In this document: one piece after another, positions 17,760-27,404 of the stretch | Position numbering within the stretch: position 1 is the stretch's first letter | How the letters are laid out: every line of letters begins with the position of its first letter | Source of the DNA: Campylobacterota bacterium | GTDB taxonomy: Bacteria > Campylobacterota > Campylobacteria > Campylobacterales > Sulfurimonadaceae | Length of the DNA stretch: 51,028 bases | NCBI GenBank assembly: GCA_034660715.1 | Contig: JAYEJR010000151.1 | Span: forward strand, 4,310-55,337 | Reading direction: 5' to 3' | Notes under the pieces: model-generated | Databases searched by the model: none | What the model saw: the letters and a program-made list of their open reading frames with translations, nothing else | Told to the model about the DNA's origin: nothing | Program-made: the position numbers and the translations under genes

Positions 17760-19418
17760 ATGAAGACTTTTTTACTACTTATAACTTTTGTTTTAACTCT
17801 AAACGCGACTACAATAGATGACAATGCACTCAAAAAAATGATAGGTCGTATGCTTGTCGTTGGATTTGACAGTGAGAAGATAGATGAAAACTCTCAAATC
17901 GTTCAAGATATGATAGAGTATTCGTTGGGTGGGGTTATACTCTTTGACAGAGATTATAAAGATAGAAACAGAACCAAAAACGTCTCTTCGCCCGCTCAAC
18001 TCAAAAAACTCACAAGCGACTTACAAAAGTTCACTAACAAACCTCTCTTTATAAGTGTTGACCAAGAGGGTGGCAAAGTGGCTCGGCTTAAGCCTAAGTA
18101 TGGGTTTTCTAAGATACCCTCGGCTCACAAAGTCTCAAGTATGAACCTAAAAGATGCACAAAACATCTATAAAACACAATCAAAAATGCTCCAAAATGCT
18201 GGAATAAATATGAACTTCGCCCCCGTTGTAGACCTCAACATAAATCCAAAAAACAGAGTTATAGTAGGACTTGAGCGCTCCTTTGGAAGCGATGTCTCTA
18301 AAGTAGTGGCGTTTAGCAAGACCATCATAGAAGAGCAAAGAGTCCACGGAGTTATCTCTGTTTTAAAACACTTCCCCGGTCATGGTTCATCTCTTGGTGA
18401 TTCGCACAAGGGCTTTGTAGATGTAAGCGAGACTTGGTCTAAAAAAGAGCTTGAACCATACAAAATCCTCATAGATAAAAATCAAGTAGAGATGATAATG
18501 ACTGCTCATGTTTTTAACTCTCACATAGATGACAAATACCCTGCAACACTCTCACACAAGTTCAACACAAAACTTCTTCGTCATGAGATGGGTTATGATG
18601 GTCTTATTATAAGTGATGACTTGCAGATGGGAGCTATCTCAAAACACTACTCATTAGAAGAGAGAACTGCTTTGGCTATAAACGCTGGCGTTGATATCTT
18701 ACTCTTTGGAAACCAGCTTGAAGATGTAAGTGTAAAAGAACTTGTAAACGCCATCTTCAAACAGGTGAAATCTGGAAAAATTTCACAAGAAAGAATCAAA
18801 GAGTCAAATGCTAGAATAGAAAACTTACATACTAGACACTCCATCATCCAAAAGCCCATCATCTTTACTGATAAACGCATGGACTTAACAAAAGAGTACA
18901 TTAAAGGGCATTATGGTTTGGATGTAAAAGATATAACTATTGAGCCAAAAACCATTGTCCTTCACTGGACTGCTGTCATGGACCTAGAGAAGAGTTTCCA
19001 GCGTTTAAACGCCGAACTTCTCTTTAGCGATAGAGCAGACATAGCAAAAGCTTCAGCCCTAAATGTTTCAGCACATTTTCTCGTTGACCGTGATGGAACT
19101 ATCTATCAGCTCATGCCAGACAACTGGATGGCTCGTCATGTCATAGGTCTGAACTACTCAAGTATAGGGGTTGAAAATGTCGGAGGAGAAGCAAATGCTA
19201 AGGAGGACTTAACACAGGCACAACTTGATGCTAACATCAGACTTGTTAAATACCTACAAGCAAAATACCCAAGCATAGAAAATGTTATAGGACATCATGA
19301 ATATAGAGAGTATGAAAACACTCCTCTTTGGTTGGAAAAAGATGCGGGCTATAGAACGGAAAAAGCCGACCCTGGAGATAAGTTTATGAATAATGTGAGA
19401 GATGCACTTGATAAATAG
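17760..19418 (+). CDS. nagZ: Secreted GH3 beta-N-acetylglucosaminidase (NagZ-like) fused to an Amidase_2 N-acetylmuramoyl-L-alanine amidase
   Basis: Signal peptide. GH3 motifs DQEGGKVAR, KHFPGHG, DSH, ISDDL. Zn amidase motifs IVLHWTA, SAHFLVDRDG, IGVENVG, IGHHE. Confidence 0.9.
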   Translation: MKTFLLLITFVLTLNATTIDDNALKKMIGRMLVVGFDSEKIDENSQIVQDMIEYSLGGVILFDRDYKDRNRTKNVSSPAQLKKLTSDLQKFTNKPLFISVDQEGGKVARLKPKYGFSKIPSAHKVSSMNLKDAQNIYKTQSKMLQNAGINMNFAPVVDLNINPKNRVIVGLERSFGSDVSKVVAFSKTIIEEQRVHGVISVLKHFPGHGSSLGDSHKGFVDVSETWSKKELEPYKILIDKNQVEMIMTAHVFNSHIDDKYPATLSHKFNTKLLRHEMGYDGLIISDDLQMGAISKHYSLEERTALAINAGVDILLFGNQLEDVSVKELVNAIFKQVKSGKISQERIKESNARIENLHTRHSIIQKPIIFTDKRMDLTKEYIKGHYGLDVKDITIEPKTIVLHWTAVMDLEKSFQRLNAELLFSDRADIAKASALNVSAHFLVDRDGTIYQLMPDNWMARHVIGLNYSSIGVENVGGEANAKEDLTQAQLDANIRLVKYLQAKYPSIENVIGHHEYREYENTPLWLEKDAGYRTEKADPGDKFMNNVRDALDK

Positions 19419-20892
19419 TACTTTTAGTTCTCTTGATTGGCTAGTTTTCCTAGCCTACTTTTGTGTTTTGGCGGGAAGCTCTTACTGGTTTTCTCGCTCT
19501 AAAATCACCTCTTCTCGTGAGTACTTCACCGCTTCAAACACCATGCCTACTCTGGCAGTTGCTATCTCCATTCTCGCTACTTCACAATCCGCTGCAACCT
19601 TTTTAGGAGTTCCTGAGTTCTCTTATGCTCATAACTTTACTCTTATAGGATTTTACTTCTCTTCTCTTTTAGCTGTCATATTTGTTGCTAAGTATTTTGT
19701 GCCTCGTTTTTATGAGATGAGAGCCATAACGGTTTATGAGCTTTTAGAAAAACGCTACGGTGCTTCGGCTAAACGCCAAGCAGGGGTTATGTTTCTCATA
19801 GGTCGCGTTATGGCGAGTGGAGCTAGACTCTACATCGCAGCACTTGCTATAAGCATGATACTTTTTTTAGATATCACGTTTGCACACATGATGGTTTCTA
19901 TCTTTATCTTAGTTTTTGGGGCCTTAGCATACACCTATTTTGGTGGTGTTAAGTCTGTCATACTCAGTGATGTCATTCAAGCCATCACTTATGTAAGTGC
20001 TGGTCTTGTTGTACTCTTTTACCTCTACACTTCACTAGAGGGTGTAGATATTGTAAGTGTTTTAAATGCTAACGATAAGCTAGTGTTTATGGATATGTCC
20101 TTAGATAGTAAGTTTAGTCTTATCGGGCTTCTAACAGGTTGGTTACTTCTAAACATCGCAGCATTTGGACTCGACCAAGACATGACACAGCGTGTTCTTA
20201 CTTGTAAGAACAAAGACGAGGCATCGCGTTCACTTATACTCTCTATACTTTTTACCATTCCCATCGTTTTACTCTTTTTAATCATCGGTGTTTTACTCTT
20301 TGTTCATTATGAACATACAGAAGTGCTACAGAGTTTTAACGGTGAAAAAATCACCATCTTTATGTACTACATCTTAAACGAAATGCCTGAGGGAATCCGT
20401 GGATTTGTAACTGTTGGAGCTATCGCTGCAGCACTCTCAAGCACAAACTCTGTTTTAGGAGCTATGGCTTCGGTGGCGGTTGAAGACCTCTACAAACCGT
20501 GGAAGCTCAAACAAACGCCAAACGCGGATGAGAAGCATTTCATAAAAGCTTCACGAAACGCTGTTTTACTCTTTGCTCTAGTTTTATCAGCCATGGCAAT
20601 TCTCTCTTACTTCTGGCAGAGATACTCCGATCTCTCACTCATAGGTTTTGCTCTTGGTGTCATGGCGTTTGCATACACAGGACTTCTTGGAGTTTTCTTT
20701 TCAGCCATCTTCACATCTAGAGGAAGTAGTAAAACTGTCCCTTTTGCTTTGGTTGGTGGTTTTCTCACTGTTCTCTTCTTTCAACCTTATACATTTGGTA
20801 TAACTATCGGGTTTGCTTGGCAGATAACTATAGGTACTTTGGTGGCGTTTGCTATAATGCAAACAAGTAGTCTCCACACTAAAGAGGTGTAA
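19402..20892 (+). CDS. Sodium:solute symporter (SSS family)
   Basis: Polytopic. SAATFLGVP, YELLEKRYG, GGVKSVILSDVIQ, DQDMTQR and AAALSS motifs. Confidence 0.92.
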   Translation: MHLINSTFSSLDWLVFLAYFCVLAGSSYWFSRSKITSSREYFTASNTMPTLAVAISILATSQSAATFLGVPEFSYAHNFTLIGFYFSSLLAVIFVAKYFVPRFYEMRAITVYELLEKRYGASAKRQAGVMFLIGRVMASGARLYIAALAISMILFLDITFAHMMVSIFILVFGALAYTYFGGVKSVILSDVIQAITYVSAGLVVLFYLYTSLEGVDIVSVLNANDKLVFMDMSLDSKFSLIGLLTGWLLLNIAAFGLDQDMTQRVLTCKNKDEASRSLILSILFTIPIVLLFLIIGVLLFVHYEHTEVLQSFNGEKITIFMYYILNEMPEGIRGFVTVGAIAAALSSTNSVLGAMASVAVEDLYKPWKLKQTPNADEKHFIKASRNAVLLFALVLSAMAILSYFWQRYSDLSLIGFALGVMAFAYTGLLGVFFSAIFTSRGSSKTVPFALVGGFLTVLFFQPYTFGITIGFAWQITIGTLVAFAIMQTSSLHTKEV

Positions 20893-20894
20893 GC

Positions 20895-21977
20895 ATGTCA
20901 GATCAGTTATATATAGGAGTGATGTCAGGCACAAGTATGGATGGGATAGACATAGCTCTATGTAAAATCGACTCAACTAAATGCGAACTAGTTTACTTTG
21001 AAGAGTACCCTTTTGATGCAAATCTCAAAAGAGAGATTTTAGAAATCATCCAAGGGAGTACAACTTTAACACAAGTAGGAACCATCAACAAAAAACTTGG
21101 GCTAGAGTTCGCCTATGCCCTCACAAGGTTTCTAAGAGAAAAAGAGTTAAACGCAAAAGATATAACAGCCATAGGCCTGCATGGTCAAACACTATGGCAT
21201 GAACCAGATGCAGAGTTTCCTTTCTCTATGCAGTTAGGTGATGCAAGCACTGTATATGCGAAAACAGGAATCAAAACCATTTATGATTTTAGAAGTCTTG
21301 ATGTCGCTCTTGGTGGTCAAGGTGCTCCTTTTGCTCCCGCATTTCATCAGTTTTTATTTAAAAGTCTTAAAAAGAGTGCTGTACTCAACATAGGTGGTAT
21401 GGCAAACATCACTCTTTTAGAAGAAAATCTAAGAGGCTGGGATACAGGATGTGGAAATGTCCTTCTAGATATGTGGATATCTAAATGTAAAAATGAGAAG
21501 TATGACAAAGATGGCTCATTTGCAAAAAGTGGAGAGATAAACAGAGACCTTTTAAACGCCATGCTCAATGATGAATACTTTAAAAAAACTCCTCCAAAAA
21601 GTACAGGACGAGAGTACTTTAATGAAGTTTGGCTTGCAAATCTTCTTCCTATATTTAATGTCATAAGTGATGAGGACATCCAAAGAACACTTCTCGAACT
21701 TACGGCTCAAAGCATCGCCAACGATGTTAAGAAAAGCGACATAGAACTCCTCATACTCTGTGGTGGTGGAGCGAAAAACAGCTTTTTAAGAGCGCGAATA
21801 GAAGAACTCTCTGGGACCTATGTAAAGACAAGTGATGAGATTGGTATCAAAGGTGATGCTCTTGAAGCTATGGCGTTTGCATGGCTCGCTTACAAAAGAG
21901 TCCATCAAAAAGAGGTAGATCTCAAGAGTGTCACTGGAGCTACAAAAAATGCACTACTAGGAGCGATATATGGATAG
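20895..21977 (+). CDS. anmK: Anhydro-N-acetylmuramic acid kinase
   Basis: GVMSGTSMDGID, HGQT, GGQGAP, NIGG and PPKSTGREYF motifs. Confidence 0.96.
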   Translation: MSDQLYIGVMSGTSMDGIDIALCKIDSTKCELVYFEEYPFDANLKREILEIIQGSTTLTQVGTINKKLGLEFAYALTRFLREKELNAKDITAIGLHGQTLWHEPDAEFPFSMQLGDASTVYAKTGIKTIYDFRSLDVALGGQGAPFAPAFHQFLFKSLKKSAVLNIGGMANITLLEENLRGWDTGCGNVLLDMWISKCKNEKYDKDGSFAKSGEINRDLLNAMLNDEYFKKTPPKSTGREYFNEVWLANLLPIFNVISDEDIQRTLLELTAQSIANDVKKSDIELLILCGGGAKNSFLRARIEELSGTYVKTSDEIGIKGDALEAMAFAWLAYKRVHQKEVDLKSVTGATKNALLGAIYG

Positions 21978-22911
21978 ACTCAAAACTTGGATAGCGACTA
22001 CACCCTACAGAGATTATGAGTTTAGTATCGCTTCTGCTGATGCGAGTTTTCGCTCTTACTACCGCCTAATAAAAGATGACAAAAGTTTCATCGTGATGGA
22101 CTCCTCTTTGGAGTTAGAGTCACTTTCCCCTTTTTTGAATGTAACTCACAGGCTCTTAAACGCCAAGGTAAAAGCTCCTTATATTTATGAGCAAAACACT
22201 ACTGATGGATACTTAATCATCGAAGACTTTGGAGCTAGACAACTTCTTGATGTACTAGAGAAAAGTAATTTTAAAAAGCACTACCATGGCGCCATGAATG
22301 AGATCATCAAAATGCAAAAGGCAGATGTCAAAGAGCTACCTCTTTATGACAAAGAGTTTTTACACTTTGAGATGGACTTGATGCAAGAGTGGTACTTAGA
22401 AAAAAAACTAAATACTGTACTCTCTCTGGAACAAAACAAGATGATAGAGAACACTCTAAACGCCATCTCCAATATAGTTTTAGAACAGCCTCAAGATGTC
22501 TTTGTTCATAGAGATTTTCACTCTCGAAACATCATGCTCACCCCAAAAGAAGAGATAGGAGTCATCGACTACCAAGATGCTATGAATGGGGCTATCACTT
22601 ATGACCTTGTTTCTCTACTAAAAGACTGTTATGTTGAGTTTGAGAGAGAAGATATAGAAGAACTTGCCTTGGCGTTTAGAGACAAAAAAGCTCTCTTAGT
22701 CGATGATGATCTCTTTTTAAAATGGTTTGATTTTATGGGGCTACAACGCCATATAAAAGTCCTCGGTATCTTCTCGCGTTTAGATCTTCGTGATGGCAAA
22801 GATGGCTACCTAAAAGATATTCCTTTAGTTTTAAAGTACACTATAGAAACAGCTTCAAGGTATGATGAGACAAAAGAGTTAGCTCTCTTTTTAAAAAGTG
22901 TAACATCATGA
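21970..22911 (+). CDS. amgK: Anomeric MurNAc/GlcNAc kinase (APH fold)
   Basis: DASFRSYYR, HRDFHSRN, IDYQDA, YDLVSLLKD and GLQRHIKVLGIF motifs; directly precedes murU. Confidence 0.9.
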   Translation: MDRLKTWIATTPYRDYEFSIASADASFRSYYRLIKDDKSFIVMDSSLELESLSPFLNVTHRLLNAKVKAPYIYEQNTTDGYLIIEDFGARQLLDVLEKSNFKKHYHGAMNEIIKMQKADVKELPLYDKEFLHFEMDLMQEWYLEKKLNTVLSLEQNKMIENTLNAISNIVLEQPQDVFVHRDFHSRNIMLTPKEEIGVIDYQDAMNGAITYDLVSLLKDCYVEFEREDIEELALAFRDKKALLVDDDLFLKWFDFMGLQRHIKVLGIFSRLDLRDGKDGYLKDIPLVLKYTIETASRYDETKELALFLKSVTS

Positions 22912-23564
22912 AGGCGATGATACTTTCAGCTGGTCGTGGTGAGAGAATGAGACCTCTTACTGACACCCTTCCAAAACCACTTTTAGAAGTTCATGATAAA
23001 CCACTTATAGTCTACCATATAGAGAAGTTAGCTGCTGCAGGGTTTACAGATATAGTCATCAACATCGCTCACTTAGGATACAAAATACCCGAGTCTCTTG
23101 GTGATGGTTCAGCATGGAACATCCAGATAAGCTACTCAGACGAGCAAGAAGAGGGAGCTTTAGAGTCAGCAGGTGGTATAAAAAAAGCACTACCACTTTT
23201 GGGAGATGAACCTTTTTTAGTTGTCAACGGAGATGTCTATTGTGAGTACAGTTTTGATGCTAACTTTAACTTAGAAGATAAACTTGCTCATCTTATTTTA
23301 GTCCCAAATCCAGAGCATAACCTCAAAGGTGATTTTGGTCTATCCGATGGTTTACTTCAAAACTCAGCCGATGATATGTATACATTTTCTGGTATAGGCT
23401 ACTACTCACCACTCCTTTTTAAAGATGTGGCGTTACAAAAAAGCCCACTCGCACCCCTTCTTCGTAAAGCTACTGAAGAAAACATGATAAGTGCTGAAGT
23501 GTTTAGAAATAGATGGCACGATATAGGAACTCCACAAAGATTAAAAGAGATAAATGATGATTAA
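22908..23564 (+). CDS. murU: MurNAc alpha-1-phosphate uridylyltransferase
   Basis: KAMILSAGRGERMRPLTDTLPKPLL, LVVNGDV, NPEHN.KGDF and WHDIGTPQRL motifs. Confidence 0.92.
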   Translation: MKAMILSAGRGERMRPLTDTLPKPLLEVHDKPLIVYHIEKLAAAGFTDIVINIAHLGYKIPESLGDGSAWNIQISYSDEQEEGALESAGGIKKALPLLGDEPFLVVNGDVYCEYSFDANFNLEDKLAHLILVPNPEHNLKGDFGLSDGLLQNSADDMYTFSGIGYYSPLLFKDVALQKSPLAPLLRKATEENMISAEVFRNRWHDIGTPQRLKEINDD

Positions 23565-24525
23565 ACTTATACTACTTATAGCACTAACAACTTTCGCCTC
23601 AGCAAAATATACTAACTGTACTTTTAAAAATCAGAACTACTCTGATGTCTGTAAAAGTGCTGTAAAAGGTGGTGTTTCCTACAAGTATGCAAACCAATTT
23701 CTCACCTCTTACTTCAAAACACAAAAGTTTGATGAGATAAGTTGGAAATACCTTCAGCCTAGTAAACTCGAACACCATCGCACACAAGAGAAAAAAGCAA
23801 ATAATGTACTTGTAAGTTACATCCCTAAAATGGTGCAAAATATGCAAGAGTACAAAGAGGTCTATGACTATGCTGAAAAAGAGTATGGGGTAAATCGTGA
23901 GATTATCGCAGCTATATTACTCAAAGAGACAAAACTAGGAGTCATACAACCAACTCATGATGCCTTTATAGTCTTTAACACTATGGTTGTTAGAACTAAA
24001 CCAAACTCTTCAAGAGAAAAGTGGCTCCTTAAGATGGGCAAAACAAACATGGCCTCTATCATCAAACACTGTTATAAAAAGAAAGTAAAACCTGAGCAGT
24101 GTAACCTTCCCTCTTCTTATGCTGGAGCAGTAGGTATACCCCAGTTTATGCCTAACAGTTTTATATATGCAAAAGCTTATAAGGGAGAAGTAGCAGACCT
24201 CACTAAAATGGAAGATGCAATAATCTCAGCAGCAAACTTTTTACATACAAAAGCTGGCTATGACACTCTTATAGACTGGGACTATATGGCAGATGTACCT
24301 AAGGTAGAAGCCCAGTGGTACGAATATGACTTCGCTAATGAAGATGCTTCTTTTGTTTATGAGACAAGTAAGAGTGGGAAAGTATACAACTGTTTTACAA
24401 AAGGTCGTGAAGATTTACAAGATATGAAAAAGTATACCAAAATGATTATGCGATATAACAACTCTTCAAATTATGCAGTAGGTGTTATGAGGCTAGCATA
24501 TGAGGCACACTGCAACCTCAACTAG
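23554..24525 (+). CDS. Lytic murein transglycosylase, MltB/SLT_2 family
   Basis: Signal peptide; catalytic I...ET; SYAGAVGIPQFMPNSF; YNNSSNYA. Confidence 0.88.
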   Translation: MMIKLILLIALTTFASAKYTNCTFKNQNYSDVCKSAVKGGVSYKYANQFLTSYFKTQKFDEISWKYLQPSKLEHHRTQEKKANNVLVSYIPKMVQNMQEYKEVYDYAEKEYGVNREIIAAILLKETKLGVIQPTHDAFIVFNTMVVRTKPNSSREKWLLKMGKTNMASIIKHCYKKKVKPEQCNLPSSYAGAVGIPQFMPNSFIYAKAYKGEVADLTKMEDAIISAANFLHTKAGYDTLIDWDYMADVPKVEAQWYEYDFANEDASFVYETSKSGKVYNCFTKGREDLQDMKKYTKMIMRYNNSSNYAVGVMRLAYEAHCNLN

Positions 24526-25013
24526 TTTAATCCCTCTTGCATAAGCACTAACTCTAGGCTTCCACTAACATAGTTAGCAAAGAATGTTAGTGTATCTAAG
24601 TCTGTAGTATCAAAGTCTATGCGTGACTTGTTAAGAAGTTGGAGAACACCCATCACATCTTGTTTTGAGTTAAAGATGGGAACTGTTAACATGTTTTTTG
24701 TTTCATAGCCACTTTTTTTATCTATGTTTTTAAGAAAACGGCTATCTTCATATGGATTGTTAACTATCTGTGGCTCTTTTTTTCCATATGTATCACCTAC
24801 TATTCCAGAGTCTAAACCTATAACGATGCGACCTATTCCATCACTCAGTTTTGTCCATAACATCTTATCTTCATTGTCTACTATAAAGATAGAACAACGC
24901 TCTGCATTTGCAAGTCTTTTCGCCTCTTTAGAGATAAGGTCAAGTGCATTGTCCATCTCTTTGAGTGCCATTAACTCTTTTCCGAACTCTGCTATCTGGT
25001 TAAATTTTTCCAT
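24522..25013 (-). CDS. Stand-alone GAF domain protein
   Basis: AERCSIF, GIVG, PYEDSRF...ID..SGY.T, GVLQLLNK. Confidence 0.9.
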   Translation of the reverse strand: MEKFNQIAEFGKELMALKEMDNALDLISKEAKRLANAERCSIFIVDNEDKMLWTKLSDGIGRIVIGLDSGIVGDTYGKKEPQIVNNPYEDSRFLKNIDKKSGYETKNMLTVPIFNSKQDVMGVLQLLNKSRIDFDTTDLDTLTFFANYVSGSLELVLMQEGLN

Positions 25014-25015
25014 GT

Positions 25016-25534
25016 TTAGTTATCTCTATTTTTGTTTTTTTCTTGATTGAGGTAGACATTTGTTAGTTCTAAAAATCCACTAACATAGTGTGCAAAAAAT
25101 ATCATAAACTTTGTATCATCGCTATCATAATCTTCATCTTTATTTATAAGTTCTAGTATACCTATAATCTCTCTTTTAGAGGTAAAAATAGGTGCAGTGA
25201 TGATGTTTTTTGTCACAAAGCCTGTTGCCTTATCTACATCTGACATAAAAGCTGGATGAGAGTAAGGGTCGTTTGCTACTATAGGTTTCTTCTCTTGAAG
25301 TGTTAAGCCAACAAGACCTTTATCACTTGGAACTACTATGCGCTCAACTCCATCAGCGATAGTTGTCCAGAAGTATCCCTCTGTTCTATCTAGTATAAAG
25401 ATAGAACAACGCTCAGCTCCAATCACCGTCTTTGCATACTCAGAAATCAGTGGTAAACCATCTTCTAGTGATTTCTTTTCTAAGAGTTCACGTCCAAACT
25501 TTGCTAGTGATTGATACGTAGTTGCATATTTCAT
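25016..25534 (-). CDS. Stand-alone GAF domain protein
   Basis: AERCSIF, GLVG, VDKATGFVT, GILELINK; paralog of the adjacent gene. Confidence 0.9.
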   Translation of the reverse strand: MKYATTYQSLAKFGRELLEKKSLEDGLPLISEYAKTVIGAERCSIFILDRTEGYFWTTIADGVERIVVPSDKGLVGLTLQEKKPIVANDPYSHPAFMSDVDKATGFVTKNIITAPIFTSKREIIGILELINKDEDYDSDDTKFMIFFAHYVSGFLELTNVYLNQEKNKNRDN

Positions 25535-25615
25535 AATTAAAATTCCTCATTAAATTTTTTAGTTGTTTTAATTGTGATAATTATAGTGTAAAATATTAAA
25601 AAAGAAGGAATTTTT

Positions 25616-25969
25616 ATGAATAAAACAACTATATGGCACAACCCAAGATGCTCTAAGTCTCGTGAGGCTGTTACTATCGCAGAAGAATTAAATGCAGATG
25701 CAGAGGTCGTAAAGTACTTGGACACGAAGCCAAATAAAGATGATCTCAAAGAGATTTTAAAAATGCTTGGGTTTGCTAGTGCAAGAGAGTGGATGAGAAC
25801 AACGGAAGCTGTTTACAAAGAGCTAGAACTAAAAAATGAGACAGACGAAGAGAAGCTTTTAGAAGCTATGGTAGAAAATCCGAAACTTATTCAACGCCCA
25901 GTTTTAATCAAAAATGGCAAAGCAATCATCGGTCGTCCCTCATCAATAATCGCAGATTTTATAAAGTAG
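25616..25969 (+). CDS. arsC: Arsenate reductase (glutaredoxin-type) ArsC family protein
   Basis: HNPRCSKSR, LIQRP and IGRP motifs. Confidence 0.85.
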   Translation: MNKTTIWHNPRCSKSREAVTIAEELNADAEVVKYLDTKPNKDDLKEILKMLGFASAREWMRTTEAVYKELELKNETDEEKLLEAMVENPKLIQRPVLIKNGKAIIGRPSSIIADFIK

Positions 25970-26004
25970 TTTTAAAACAAAGTTATACGACGACAAAGGT
26001 TCTG

Positions 26005-26436
26005 TTAGAGTTTTTCTATACTCACACCGTTGTCTTTGATAAACTTTGAAATCACATCTGATTGAGTGTGTTCATAAGACTTTGCATAAACTATACGCTT
26101 TATACCACTTGCTATAAGGTTCTTACTACACTCACTACATGGTTCTAATGTTACATAGATAGTTGCACCGTCGATGCTAATACCTTCACGAGCTGCCCAG
26201 ATGATGGCGTTCATCTCTGCATGAATTTCATAAGTCTTACTCCACTCATGGTGATCTTTAGTATACTCACCATTCCAGTGATCACAACAATTTGTAAAAC
26301 CTGCAGGTGTTCCGTTATAACCTGTACTAAGGATACGTCCATCTTTAACGATAACAGCTCCAACTTGTTTAGAAACACACTTTGATGCTGAAGCTATCTC
26401 AGTAGCAATATTGATAAAGTTTTTATCACTTAACAT
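26005..26436 (-). CDS. dCMP deaminase family protein
   Basis: VGAVIV, GYNG, HAE and PCSEC zinc deaminase motifs. Confidence 0.92.
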   Translation of the reverse strand: MLSDKNFINIATEIASASKCVSKQVGAVIVKDGRILSTGYNGTPAGFTNCCDHWNGEYTKDHHEWSKTYEIHAEMNAIIWAAREGISIDGATIYVTLEPCSECSKNLIASGIKRIVYAKSYEHTQSDVISKFIKDNGVSIEKL

Positions 26437-26439
26437 CTT

Positions 26440-27276
26440 CTATTCCACTTCTCTGATAACATTGATGTCTGCATTATGGCGAAGTCTTGCAAAGTAGTTT
26501 CCTAAGACTTGTTCGCGTTTCTCTTCCATGATAGAGTTAACTATCTGGTTTCTTACACTCTCTATGCCACCAGTTTCAGCAGACTCTATCTCTTTCATAT
26601 AAAAGCTCATAAATCCACCTTTTCCATTGGGAACAATATTTGTAAAACTATTAAGTGCTGTTCTCTCTAGTAGTGATGCTAACTCTGGTGATATCTGATC
26701 ATATGGAAGGAGCTGTTCATTCGTAGCAATCTCAGGAGCATAGAACATTGGATTGTCTATTTTTTCTTGAAGTTTAGTTTTATCAGCAGAGTCATAAATG
26801 ATAACTACAAATGCCGAAGGGTGCTGATAGTTATCTTTGTGCATCTCATAGTACTCTTCGACTTCCATATCACTTGGCTCACTTAAAGAGGCATAAGCGA
26901 TAGTTTGATAAAGTTTTTGACTCAGTAGCTTTTGCTTTATCTTCTCTTTTAAATCAGTTGAACTCATACCATTTGACTCACGAACTGCATCATAAAACTC
27001 ACTAATGTTCAGGTTGTTACGAGCTGCCATCTTTTTGATGTCATCGTAAACTTCACTACTATCAACAGTCAGTTTTCTCTCATCTATCTCTACCTCTTCA
27101 AGCTTTTGACGGATTAAAATATCAGAAGCTTTTTTTGCATCGACTTTAGAGTTTTTCATCTCTGTTTTTATATCTAGAAGTGTAATAGCTTTGTCTTTAA
27201 CTACGATAGCGACACCATCGTAAACTTCAGCATTTAAAAAAGTTGTTATTAAAAAAGTGAAAAGTATTTTGTACAT
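26440..27276 (-). CDS. SurA-like periplasmic chaperone / PPIase
   Basis: Signal peptide, VYDGVAIVV..AIT N-domain, C-terminal LR..ADI.VIR. Confidence 0.8.
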   Translation of the reverse strand: MYKILFTFLITTFLNAEVYDGVAIVVKDKAITLLDIKTEMKNSKVDAKKASDILIRQKLEEVEIDERKLTVDSSEVYDDIKKMAARNNLNISEFYDAVRESNGMSSTDLKEKIKQKLLSQKLYQTIAYASLSEPSDMEVEEYYEMHKDNYQHPSAFVVIIYDSADKTKLQEKIDNPMFYAPEIATNEQLLPYDQISPELASLLERTALNSFTNIVPNGKGGFMSFYMKEIESAETGGIESVRNQIVNSIMEEKREQVLGNYFARLRHNADINVIREVE

Positions 27277-27404
27277 AAATATTCCGTATTGTAAATTAAG
27301 ATTTGTATTTTACCCCTTTTTAACCAACAGTTGCCTAAAGCACTTTCAAAAACATGATAAAATCACATATATAATCATCTTATTTATTTTATATTGGAAT
27401 TACT

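Noticed and set aside
21970-22911. Aminoglycoside resistance kinase
   Set aside because: Motifs and adjacency to murU indicate AmgK.
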